A stretch of 15,764 nucleotides of DNA from an uncultured bacterium (GCA_964548195.1 CAZJQC010000028.1:1-15764); one strand, 5' to 3'; shown: positions 1 through 7,679, counted from the first letter of the stretch. Translations and numbers: made by a program. Notes: generated from the letters alone by a model not told the origin.

Positions 1-1213
1 CAAAGACCACGATCTTGTTGGAGCAGGTCCTGCCCCTTTGCTGTATCTCGGAGCTTCTGCCTCTGCCGTCCACGAGGATCTCAAACTCCTTGTCTATCAT
101 CAGGGCGTTTCTGTTTTGCGCGCCTTCCTTTACAACCACATTCAACCTTTCAAGGCGTGACTGTTTGTCCTCAGACGTCACATCGTCCTTGATCTCCCAG
201 CCGCGTGTGCCGGGCCTCGGGTTATACTTGAAAACAAAAGAGGAGTCATATTCCGCATATCGTGCCATCTCCTCGGTCTTAAGATAATCCGCCTCAGTCT
301 CTCCCGAAAAGCCCACGATGATATCCGCAGTGATGGACGCCAATGGCTCTGTCTCACGTACTGCCGTCACCAGGCTTTTGTAATGATCCGCCGTGTATTT
401 CCTGTTCATGGCTTTCAGCACGTTATCGGAACCCGACTGCAGCGGCAGATGGTAATGGTTGCATACCTTGGGCATGGCGATGAGTCCTTTCAGTATCTCA
501 GGTGTCATGTCCTTGGGATGTGATGTGGTGAATCGGATGCGTCGTAAGCCTTCGATCTCATGTACTTTTTTCATAAGGCTCAGAAAATCCACGCCTTCAA
601 AATCGTACGAGTTCACGTTCTGGCCCAATAAGGTGATCTCTTTTGTGCCGCCGTCCACAAGATACTCGATCTCTTTTACGATTCGTCTCCAGTCGCGGCT
701 TCGTTCACGGCCCCTGACATAAGGCACGATACAGTAAGTACAGAAATTATTGCATCCGCGCATGATGGATATGAATTCGGACAATACGGGTTTTTTCTTC
801 GGCAGTTCTTCAGTCTCCAGGAATGCATCATCCTGTGCCACGCGAATGACTTTTTCGCCCGGATTCTCGAACAGGTGTTTGACCACACGTGTGATCTCAT
901 CAAGATGGTCTGTACCCATGACAAAGTCCACATGCTCAACTTCTTTTATGAGTTCGTCTCCGGCCTTTTGCGCCATACATCCTATGACGCCGAGCAATAT
1001 ATGTCTGTTCTTTTTCAAAGCTTTCATATGTCCCAGCTGCCCGTAGACACGGTCTTCGGCTGATTTGCGCACTGTGCAGGTATTGAATATGACGATATCC
1101 GCCTCTTCGGGCGAGGCGACAGGCTCATATCCCGCGCGTAAGAGTTCGTTTTCCACGAGCTGTGAATCATACTCGTTCATCTGACAGCCGTAAGTGTCTA
1201 TGAAAAATCGCAT
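1..1213 (-). CDS. miaB: tRNA-2-methylthio-N6-dimethylallyladenosine synthase MiaB (runs off the left edge of the window)
   Basis: Manual minus-strand translation from ATG 1213 (SD AAGGAG at 1221-1226) gives MRFFIDTYGCQMNEYDS...NTCTVRKSAEDRVYGQLG...GCMAQ (UPF0004 domain). It continues with the radical-SAM motif RGCNNFCTYCIVPYVRGRERSR, then LLGQNVNSY, RIRFTTSHPKD, HLPLQSGSD and the start of a TRAM domain. No stop lies inside the window, so the ORF track missed it. Confidence 0.93.
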   Translation of the reverse strand, partial: MRFFIDTYGCQMNEYDSQLVENELLRAGYEPVASPEEADIVIFNTCTVRKSAEDRVYGQLGHMKALKKNRHILLGVIGCMAQKAGDELIKEVEHVDFVMGTDHLDEITRVVKHLFENPGEKVIRVAQDDAFLETEELPKKKPVLSEFISIMRGCNNFCTYCIVPYVRGRERSRDWRRIVKEIEYLVDGGTKEITLLGQNVNSYDFEGVDFLSLMKKVHEIEGLRRIRFTTSHPKDMTPEILKGLIAMPKVCNHYHLPLQSGSDNVLKAMNRKYTADHYKSLVTAVRETEPLASITADIIVGFSGETEADYLKTEEMARYAEYDSSFVFKYNPRPGTRGWEIKDDVTSEDKQSRLERLNVVVKEGAQNRNALMIDKEFEILVDGRGRSSEIQQRGRTCSNKIVVF

Positions 1214-1306
1214 TAAAGCACTCCTTTTTGTTTTTCCGTTAGGATTATAATCACAATTCAAGGTTTTTGAAGTAAAAACCGCGCTTTTTGAATGTGGCAA
1301 TATGTC

Positions 1307-1335
1307 TTGAATTGGAACCGACCGACGGGTATAAT
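1307..1335 (+). promoter_or_regulatory. sigma70-type promoter, divergent from miaB
   Basis: TTGAAT (1307-1312), a 17-nt spacer and TATAAT (1330-1335), followed by GGAGG (1346-1350) and an in-frame TTG at 1356. Confidence 0.65.
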
Positions 1336-1355
1336 GAAAATGCTTGGAGGTTTAC

Positions 1356-1619
1356 TTGAAAATAAATGGTAAGATAAAAGTAAACACAAATGTTGATGAG
1401 TGTTTAAGTAAATTGGAAAAGTATTACAAAGGTCCGAAGTATGTATATCACTACACATCAATAGAAACATTAGCCAGTATTCTTGACAGCGGAAAGATTA
1501 GATTTACACGATTGGATTATTTGAATGGTTTTTACTCGACAAATGCAATCTCGCCCATGTGAACGTCAAAAAAAGCGCCATCAAAATCAAATAGACTCCC
1601 AATGGAACTGTTCCCTTAA
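1356..1619 (+). pseudogene. Remnant of a DUF2971-like protein
   Basis: YVYHYTSIETLASILDSGKIRFTRLDYLN resembles the N-terminal motif of DUF2971 proteins. It runs directly into GFYSTNAISPM-TGA (stop where a Trp codon would be expected), then degenerate RLPMELFP-TAA. Far shorter than a full member. Confidence 0.55.
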
Positions 1620-1644
1620 CATGCACCAATATAATTGGTGCATG
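1615..1644. repeat. Palindromic site A (one ACCAAT-N3-ATTGGT box)
   Basis: CTTAACATGC-ACCAAT-ATA-ATTGGT-GCATG. It contains the perfect inverted repeat CATGCACCAAT/ATTGGTGCATG and is related to the sites at 3345, 3587 and 4021. Confidence 0.85.
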
Positions 1645-1691
1645 AGAATAAATCAAAAATCTAAAGTTTATGGAGATTCATTTTATTAAAT

Positions 1692-1716
1692 AAAAAAGGG
1701 CTGGATAACCAGCCCT
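1692..1716 (-). terminator. Intrinsic terminator of the Lcl/DUF1566 gene
   Basis: Stem AGGGCTGG-ATAA-CCAGCCCT (1697-1716) followed on the minus strand by a T-run, 13 nt after the stop codon. Confidence 0.8.
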
Positions 1717-1729
1717 GTATGCGCGGATG

Positions 1730-3199
1730 TCAGCGTTTGCCTTGAGGGGGGCCGTTGGGCGCTTCGCTTTGTGATATATAACCGTCATTATCTTTATCAA
1801 GATGGCTGAAGTGGTTGGCGGGGCCGTCGAACTCTGATTTTGAGACTTTGCCGTCATTATCCTTATCCAGTCGTTTTATAAACATCTCACTGAAGTTGCC
1901 CATACCCATCTTAGGTGTTTGCTCTACCTGTTCTTTTACCTGTATGGCTTTCTTCATGACGACTTCCGGGCCGTCATCGGCTTTGTCGGCGGTGCCGCCG
2001 CGTACACACCTTACGTAGTTATAGATATGCACCGCGTCGCCCTGGGGGCCTCTGCCGTCTGTGAAATTATCCGGATTGCCGGCCTTGGGATCGCTGCGCT
2101 GTGAGCCGGCTCCGTGTACATCCATCCACTGTGACTGACCTGTGCGCATGTCAGTCATGTTGCCCATGGATCTGCCGAAAGACACATAGGCGGCTTGATA
2201 AGCCGATGTCACTTTTGTATGTGATGTGGATGACCAGTAGAAGGGGTAATCTTTCTCCCCTTTTTCATTTGTGATGGAAGTTGTTGAGAATACGGGGTCT
2301 ATAGCCGGGGAGTCTGTGGTATCCGGTGAACGTGAATAGTCCACGATGGACTGGAGTTCCTTTGCATTGGGGAGGCGCCAGTCTGAATAACCTGCGTATT
2401 CCAGGTTTTCAGCCCATTCAAGAGCTTCTTCCCATGTCATGCCTTTGCCGCTGTCAGATTGCATCCATGTGAGGCCCGTGGCATTGTCTGTTATGGTGCC
2501 GTTGCCGTTGTCTTTTAAATCGTTTTTGCCGTAATCTTCATTGCCTCTGACATAAAGGACAAAGAACTTCTTGCCACCGCCCCGGGGGCTTCCCATGCCG
2601 TAACCTTTGATACGGCCGTCGGCGAAATTCACACCGAAGACAAGCTCCGCGCCGTTCATTGTGGTATTCACGTATTTTGTGGATGAGGCGAACTGTGAGT
2701 CGATCACACGTTCATTGTTGGCGGGATCGCCGTAGGTGAAATGGAAATAGTCTGTATCCATGAAGGGTGTTTGTGAATTTGATTTTTCCGCCTGCGGGTC
2801 GGGGTCTGTGCCGCTGAAGAGGATGAGTGAATAGAGTTCCTTGATGGTGGGAAGACGCCAGTCTGTGTATCCAGCGAGGTTGAAGTCATCCGCGCCGTCA
2901 ACGGCTTCTGCGAATGTCATCTTCTCGCCGGGGTCCTGCTGCCACATGAGGCCTGTGTTCAGATCTGTTATGGTGCCGTCGCCGTTGTCTCTGTATGAGG
3001 GCTGCAGCCCTTCGTAGTTTGCGTCCTGTCTGTAAAAGGCTTCGTTTGCAGCGGGGTATTCGATCTCTTTTTCATTGTCATAGCATCGGATTTGTCCTGT
3101 GTCCACTATTGGATATGTGAGTGATACCGCCGCCGCCAGGCTGATGGTAAATGAAAGTATCAGCAAGATAAGCAGTATTTTTCTCGTTATCTTTGTCAT
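1730..3199 (-). CDS. Secreted protein with two Lcl C-terminal (DUF1566) domains and a C-terminal EF-hand pair
   Basis: Likely start is ATG 3199 after GGAGGA, with signal peptide MTKITRKILLILLILSFTISLAAA. There are two copies of DNG[DN]GTITD..TGL.W.Q...GY[TS]DWRLP..KEL.S[LI], plus YWSST and VRCVR. The EF-hand loops are DKDNDGKVSKSE and DKDNDGYISQSE. Confidence 0.88.
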   Translation of the reverse strand: MTKITRKILLILLILSFTISLAAAVSLTYPIVDTGQIRCYDNEKEIEYPAANEAFYRQDANYEGLQPSYRDNGDGTITDLNTGLMWQQDPGEKMTFAEAVDGADDFNLAGYTDWRLPTIKELYSLILFSGTDPDPQAEKSNSQTPFMDTDYFHFTYGDPANNERVIDSQFASSTKYVNTTMNGAELVFGVNFADGRIKGYGMGSPRGGGKKFFVLYVRGNEDYGKNDLKDNGNGTITDNATGLTWMQSDSGKGMTWEEALEWAENLEYAGYSDWRLPNAKELQSIVDYSRSPDTTDSPAIDPVFSTTSITNEKGEKDYPFYWSSTSHTKVTSAYQAAYVSFGRSMGNMTDMRTGQSQWMDVHGAGSQRSDPKAGNPDNFTDGRGPQGDAVHIYNYVRCVRGGTADKADDGPEVVMKKAIQVKEQVEQTPKMGMGNFSEMFIKRLDKDNDGKVSKSEFDGPANHFSHLDKDNDGYISQSEAPNGPPQGKR

Positions 3200-3344
3200 A
3201 AATCCTCCTCCGTTTTTTACATAATAGATACAAATCATGGAGAAATTGTGGAAACGGGGATATTTATCATTGAGAAAACCATGCATTTAAATCCATCATA
3301 TCCCGTCTAAACAACAATAGCATCTTTCAATCCCCGGGGCTTAT

Positions 3345-3400
3345 CTTATCATGCACCACTCTGATTGGTGATAATGCCACTGAGATTGGTGCACGTTAAG
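3345..3400. repeat. Palindromic site B (two boxes, 21-bp period)
   Basis: CTTATCATGC-ACCACT-CTG-ATTGGT-GATAAT-GCCACT-GAG-ATTGGT-GCACGTTAAG, with boxes at 3355-3369 and 3376-3390. The whole unit is an imperfect hairpin. Confidence 0.8.
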
Positions 3401-3586
3401 CAAGTTTTGGGGTATGGGGGATGGGGGATACGCGAAAAGATCATTGGTGGAGTGTTGGTTATCATAAAATAAAAAATGAGATTCCGGGAATGGGTACGAT
3501 GACGTTACTCGGGGAATCCACAGCATCCTGCACAGCTGATTATGCTGCAGATGTATACAAATCACTCCACGTTCATTTAGAAAAAC

Positions 3587-3639
3587 AACATACAACAATA
3601 TAATTGGTTATAACACCAATACTATTGGTGCATGTTAAG
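3587..3639. promoter_or_regulatory. Palindromic site C (two boxes), putative operator directly upstream of wHTH gene 1
   Basis: AACATAC-AACAAT-ATA-ATTGGT-TATAAC-ACCAAT-ACT-ATTGGT-GCATGTTAAG, with boxes at 3594-3608 and 3615-3629. It is immediately followed by the SD AAGGAGGT. Confidence 0.75.
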
Positions 3640-3654
3640 AAGGAGGTGGGGGAG

Positions 3655-3969
3655 ATGATGCTTGAGTATTTTGCCTGGGGGAAGGTCACAGAGAGGATAC
3701 TCTTTTTTATGAACTATCACGGCGAGACGTTTTCCACGGAGATCGCCCATAAATTTGAGTTTCATCTCTATGGTGTACAGAAGCAGTTCAACAGGTTTGA
3801 AAAGGCGGGCATGGTTCGGAGCAGGTATGTGGGCAGGACACGTGTCTTCAGCTGGAATCCCGACTGGCCCATGTTAAGAGAGTTGCGTGCATTCCTTTCA
3901 AGGGCATTTGAAGAGATGGATAAGGAAGAAAAAGAACCATATCTTACAAGACGTAATAAAAATTATTAA
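3655..3969 (+). CDS. Winged helix-turn-helix (ArsR-like) protein, paralog 1
   Basis: SD AAGGAGGT at 3640-3647, then ATG 3655/3658. The sequence ETFSTEIAHKF...GVQKQFNRFEKAGMVRSRYVGRTRVFSWNP fits an HTH plus wing and is clearly similar to the next gene. Confidence 0.8.
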   Translation: MMLEYFAWGKVTERILFFMNYHGETFSTEIAHKFEFHLYGVQKQFNRFEKAGMVRSRYVGRTRVFSWNPDWPMLRELRAFLSRAFEEMDKEEKEPYLTRRNKNY

Positions 3970-4004
3970 AAGATCTGATCACCTGTTATTTTTTCGCAGA
4001 CTAC

Positions 4005-4056
4005 TTGACAAAATATGAATACCTACATAATAGGTTATATAACCAATTAAGGAGGT
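4005..4056 (+). promoter_or_regulatory. Promoter/operator region of wHTH gene 2 (site D)
   Basis: TTGACA at 4005-4010. Box ACCTAC-ATA-ATAGGT (4021-4035) is followed 21 bp later by ACCAAT-TAA-GGAGGT (4042-4056), which overlaps the SD. The -10 element is not clear. Confidence 0.6.
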
Positions 4057-4062
4057 GGTATA

Positions 4063-4383
4063 ATGCAATTTATAACGTGCAGTAAAGCTGCAGAGAATAT
4101 ACTTATATTCATGAACCTTTATGAAGAGACTTATGCCACAGAGATATCAAAACTGTTTGATAAGAGTTTGAATGCAGTCCAGAAGCAATTTGAGAAATAT
4201 GAGGATTCAGGCATGTTCGTGAGTGTGTATAAAGGCAGGACACGGATATTCAAATGGAACCCGAGATGGATCTATCAGACAGAACTGCGTGCATTGATCA
4301 CAAAGATCTATAATAACCTTCCCGGGGATGAAAAAGAAAAATATATCATCAGGAGACGTCCCAGGAGAAGAGGAAAAAAATGA
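4063..4383 (+). CDS. Winged helix-turn-helix (ArsR-like) protein, paralog 2; putative antitoxin/regulator
   Basis: SD AAGGAGGT. The protein reads ETYATEISKLF...AVQKQFEKYEDSGMFVSVYKGRTRIFKWNP and ends in a basic tail RRRPRRRGKK. Its stop overlaps the next start codon (ATGA 4380-4383). Confidence 0.85.
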   Translation: MQFITCSKAAENILIFMNLYEETYATEISKLFDKSLNAVQKQFEKYEDSGMFVSVYKGRTRIFKWNPRWIYQTELRALITKIYNNLPGDEKEKYIIRRRPRRRGKK

Positions 4384-4776
4384 GCATCACCAAACAGTCC
4401 TCACTGGAAGATGTTGCCCGTTATATCATGACTCATCTCAAAAAAAATAATATTTACTCTGTTCTTGTTGGAGGCGCAGTCGTGTCAATTTTAACTGATA
4501 ATAAGCATCAATCGTATGGTCTGGAAAGAGCTTAGAGAAGAAATATCCAATGGGACATATCTTCAGATGCTTACGTCTACCCAGAGCGTCATGGACAGGC
4601 TGGCTCATTTTTATCACTGGAAAGATCTCCAGGCTATTGAGCAGGCGGTATGGATAACAGAAGATCACATGAATGAGGTCGATTTCAGGGAAATAAAAAA
4701 GTGGTCTGCACTGGAAGGATTTTCTAAGAAATATTATCAATTCGTTAAGAGATTAAAAAAAGACACGACCATTTGA
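4380..4776 (+). pseudogene. Nucleotidyltransferase-fold protein split by an internal deletion/frameshift
   Basis: 4380-4535 reads MSITKQSSLEDVARYIMTHLKKNNIYSVLVGGAVVSILTDNKHQSYGLERA*. This is the hGG motif of pol-beta-type NTases, with YGLE where xDxD is expected. A different frame (4516-4776) holds LQMLTSTQSVMDRLAHFYHWKDLQAIEQAV...EIKKWSALEG, which I recognise as the C-terminus of the same wHTH-associated family. Confidence 0.75.
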
Positions 4777-4915
4777 CGCCCGGGTTTTTGCCGATTTCAA
4801 AACATAAAGTAAGTACATCAAAAACAGTAAGATCAGCCGAATTATAATATTATGGTTTTTTTTACAGGAGTACTTTATAGTGTATAAAGGATTTGCTGAA
4901 AATGGAGGTGCGGGA

Positions 4916-6130
4916 ATGCTGTACAGACAAATGCCAAAGACAAAGGATGATATTTCGATACTGGGTTTCGGGTGTATGAGGCTGCCCGGAAAAGGCGCCG
5001 GCATTGATGAGGAGAAAGCCATTGAACAGATACGATACGCCGTGGATCAAGGCGTGAACTATATGGACACGGCCTGGCCGTATCATGGTGGAAAGAGTGA
5101 AGTGGTTTTAGGCAAAGCTGTAAAAGACGGTTACCGCGACAAGGTGAAGATAGCCGACAAGCTGCCGCACTGGCTATGCCGATCCATTGCAGACATGGAC
5201 CATTACCTGGATGAGCAGCTGAAACGGCTGGACACAGACAGGATAGACTATTATCTCATACACGCCCTGGAAGGGGGCTCATGGGATGGCGCTGTAAAAC
5301 AAGGCGTGGTGGAGTTTATGGACAAGGCTAAAAAAAGCGGAAAGATCGTGAATGCCGGCTTTTCCTTCCACGGTTCACGTGATGATTTCAAACGCATCAT
5401 CGACGCTTATGACTGGGACTTCTGCCAGATACAGTTCAATATACTGGACGAACATTTTCAGGCGGGTGTTGACGGGCTTGAATATGCCCGCTCAAAGGGT
5501 ATCGGCGTTGTGATCATGGAGCCTTTGCGCGGCGGGTCCCTTGCAGGGAAACTGCCAGATCCCGTGGAGAAGGTCTTTAAAAAAATGCATCCCGAATGGA
5601 GCAACGTGGAGTGGTCTCTGCGCTGGGTATGGGACCATCCCGGTGTGATCACCGTGCTTTCTGGCATGAACAACATGGATCATATAGAGGAAAACCTGCG
5701 GATCGCAGGAGTTGCCGAAGAAAACTCCATGAGCGAAGAGGAGCTGGAGGCTGTCTCCAAGGCGGCGGAAAAGTTCAGGCATCTCATGAAGGTGCCATGT
5801 ACGGGTTGTCAGTACTGCATGCCGTGCCCGCATGGCGTGAACATACCACTGGCATTCGCTTTCTATAACCAGAAGCATCTGTTCAAAAAAGGTCTTCAGA
5901 GCAGGGTCTTTTATCTGCTGCAATTGGGCGGTATGGGCGAATATAATCCGGGGCTTGCCAGCCAGTGCGTAAATTGCGGAATATGCGTGGAAAAATGCCC
6001 CCAGCATATTAATATTCCTGTGGAGCTCAAGAAGGTAAAACGTGAGTTTGAAGGAATATTGAAAAGGCCGTTGATGAAGCTTATTGAGATGGGCATGTCG
6101 AAGGGTAAAAAGAAGAAAAATAACGACTGA
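4916..6130 (+). CDS. Aldo/keto reductase with C-terminal 4Fe-4S dicluster domain
   Basis: SD GGAGGT then ATG 4916. AKR motifs are LGFGCMRLP, GVNYMDTAWPYHGGKSE, DYYLIH, GFSFH and IMEPLRGG. Fe-S motifs are CTGCQYCMPCP and CVNCGICVEKCP. Confidence 0.93.
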   Translation: MLYRQMPKTKDDISILGFGCMRLPGKGAGIDEEKAIEQIRYAVDQGVNYMDTAWPYHGGKSEVVLGKAVKDGYRDKVKIADKLPHWLCRSIADMDHYLDEQLKRLDTDRIDYYLIHALEGGSWDGAVKQGVVEFMDKAKKSGKIVNAGFSFHGSRDDFKRIIDAYDWDFCQIQFNILDEHFQAGVDGLEYARSKGIGVVIMEPLRGGSLAGKLPDPVEKVFKKMHPEWSNVEWSLRWVWDHPGVITVLSGMNNMDHIEENLRIAGVAEENSMSEEELEAVSKAAEKFRHLMKVPCTGCQYCMPCPHGVNIPLAFAFYNQKHLFKKGLQSRVFYLLQLGGMGEYNPGLASQCVNCGICVEKCPQHINIPVELKKVKREFEGILKRPLMKLIEMGMSKGKKKKNND

Positions 6131-6160
6131 AAAAAAGAGGGCGGATTTAAATCCGCCCTC
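6131..6160. terminator. Intrinsic terminator between convergent genes
   Basis: GAGGGCGGAT-TTAA-ATCCGCCCTC (6137-6160), preceded by an A-run that forms the U-tract on the minus strand. Confidence 0.8.
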
Positions 6161-6246
6161 GGATATCAGCGAAGGTCACCGGCGGAAACGGGATGTCTTT
6201 TCAAAAGACTTTCTTGGAAGTGCCAGTAATATCTTCTTCATGGTAC

Positions 6247-7311
6247 TTACTTTCCGGATCTTTTCAGAACCACAAGTGATTGTGTGAATTCAGGGGTGTT
6301 TTCCGGATAGATATATTTTACCCAGTCGCCGTTTGTCTGGAACATACAGATAAACTTCTCGTCATCCGCATATATTATGTCAAAGCTGCCGTCCATTTCG
6401 GGGGCGTCTTTCAGCTGGTATGTGTGATCGAACTTCCCTGTTTTTTTGTTAAAAGACAATATCTCAGGTTTAAATGATTTTGAAGAAGTCCTTCCATCGC
6501 CCAGGATCTCATACCTCAAACCTATGTGAGGCGCGTAGATATGGTCTTTCGTCACGGCCATTGAGGTGACGGCGAAATCACCGGCAATATTTGGCCCGGG
6601 ATATATCTTTGCCGGTTTATATTCCTTCTCAAGTTTGTAATTGTACTCGCCGAGTTTTTTCAGGTCCCTGTCAAAACGTTCGATCTTATATGGAGCGCTG
6701 ATATTACCGATGTATATTTCTCCATTATAGGGGTCGCAGGCGACAACTCCACCTGAAAAGTTTGAACCTACTTTTTGAAGGGTCTTGCCTTCCCTGGGAA
6801 TTGAAGCCAACATCTCACCTGTCTTAAGGTCAATTTTCCCCAGGTATATAGTATCCATGGCTTCGGCGAACATAAACCCGTCTATCATGTCGAATTGAAC
6901 TATAATGCCTGTATCTGTATTGAAATCCATACAGTCCTCATAATTTCCCTCAAAATCAAATCTTGATATTCGTCTGAGAGCAAAGTCTGAAAAATATACG
7001 CCTTCTTTATTCACGACGATACCGAGTGAATGGCTTGCCTCCCCGGGGCCCTTGCCTCTTGGGATCTCAAAACGGAGAGTCTCTTCCCCGTCCATATTAA
7101 TCCGGCGAACGGCAAAGTTATTGGCAAAATCCTGCACGTAGTAAAACTGGTTTTCGTAAAATGCCGTGCACATCATCGAGTTGCTTCTGGTCAAGTTGGG
7201 AAGTTCCCATGCCTTTGCAACCACGAGATCTGTTTTCTGCGCCGAGCTGTTCTTTGAACATCCGGTAATGAAAACCGGCAATAAAAGTAAAAATATTAAT
7301 AATCTTTTCAT
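6247..7311 (-). CDS. Lipoprotein, predicted 6-bladed beta-propeller, paralog P1
   Basis: Likely start is ATG 7311 after GGGGG, with lipoprotein signal MKRLLIFLLLLPVFITG-C. It has the RGKGPGEA motif and repeated beta-strand blades, and aligns end to end with P2 and P3. The 92-aa N-terminal extension in the ORF track is not part of it. Confidence 0.85.
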   Translation of the reverse strand: MKRLLIFLLLLPVFITGCSKNSSAQKTDLVVAKAWELPNLTRSNSMMCTAFYENQFYYVQDFANNFAVRRINMDGEETLRFEIPRGKGPGEASHSLGIVVNKEGVYFSDFALRRISRFDFEGNYEDCMDFNTDTGIIVQFDMIDGFMFAEAMDTIYLGKIDLKTGEMLASIPREGKTLQKVGSNFSGGVVACDPYNGEIYIGNISAPYKIERFDRDLKKLGEYNYKLEKEYKPAKIYPGPNIAGDFAVTSMAVTKDHIYAPHIGLRYEILGDGRTSSKSFKPEILSFNKKTGKFDHTYQLKDAPEMDGSFDIIYADDEKFICMFQTNGDWVKYIYPENTPEFTQSLVVLKRSGK

Positions 7312-7330
7312 GGTTCCCCCTTTTCTCCAT

Positions 7331-7358
7331 AAGACAATAGTATGGATAAAATGTTTCA
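7331..7358 (-). promoter_or_regulatory. ECF-sigma-like promoter motif upstream of P1
   Basis: Minus strand TGAAAC-N16-TGTCTT, ending 19 nt before the start codon. Confidence 0.55.
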
Positions 7359-7434
7359 AAAATAGATGTAACGAAAGAACGCGGTTCACTGCTTGCCCTA
7401 CCGTATAGCATGAAATTAACCGCAAAACCGGCAA

Positions 7435-7632
7435 GCCCATATATATTTCATGGTTGTATGCGTTATATTTAATCGGTCCTCCAATGAATGTGGAGCTCCC
7501 TTTGGTTTTTGTCTCGCCCCTTCGCGGAATGAAAGCGGCATGCGTGCCGGTTTCAGAACCAATCTTGCCGAAGAACATGGTATCCATGGTGTTGGTGAAA
7601 GAGAACTCCGAGATGGATATTTATATTCCAGT
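7435..7632 (-). pseudogene. Internal fragment of a fourth propeller-lipoprotein paralog
   Basis: TGI*ISISEFSFTNTMDTMFFGKIGSETGTHAAFIPRRGETKTKGSSTFIGGPIKYNAYNHEIYMG aligns with P3 TGIVVFFD...IDTVYMGKIDLGTGAQTALIPREGKTLQEIGSTVSGGIVACDRYNGEIYMG. There is an in-frame stop at 7621-7623 and both termini are missing. Confidence 0.8.
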
Positions 7633-7635
7633 CAA

Positions 7636-7665
7636 ATAAAATGCAGGAGGGCAGAAGCCCTCCTG
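7636..7665 (-). terminator. Intrinsic terminator after P2
   Basis: CAGGAGGGC-AGAA-GCCCTCCTG (7644-7665), followed on the minus strand by CATTTTATTT. Confidence 0.7.
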
Positions 7666-7679
7666 TCTATCACAATGGT

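Noticed and set aside
15..1063. Short ORFs in the track overlapping miaB, and similar antisense or alternative-frame ORFs inside the AKR, kinase, GNAT and lipoprotein genes
   Set aside because: These are shadow ORFs of well-supported genes, without SD sequences or motifs.
1730..3199. Lcl/DUF1566 gene as a diversity-generating retroelement target
   Set aside because: No reverse transcriptase and no template repeat with adenine-specific mismatches were seen. The near-identical 27-bp stretches near 2487 and 2964 are explained by the duplicated DNGxGTITD motif.
3421..3603. 60-aa ORF between sites B and C
   Set aside because: No recognisable motif, and its 3' end runs through the palindrome. It could be a remnant, but I cannot support that.
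3345..3640. Sites B and C as integron attC sites (about 58 bp hairpins ending in GTTAAG[C/A], followed by an SD and gene)
   Set aside because: The arms pair without extrahelical bases, the left ends do not fit RYYYAAC, and no integron integrase is in the window. IntegronFinder on the full contig would settle it.
1615..3640. Palindromic repeats as a CRISPR array
   Set aside because: The copies are few, irregularly spaced, degenerate and in mixed orientation, with no spacer periodicity and no cas genes.
7312..7587. N-terminal 92 aa of the 446-aa ORF as part of P1
   Set aside because: The lipoprotein signal, SD and promoter motif point to ATG 7311. The extension is a paralog remnant plus promoter DNA.
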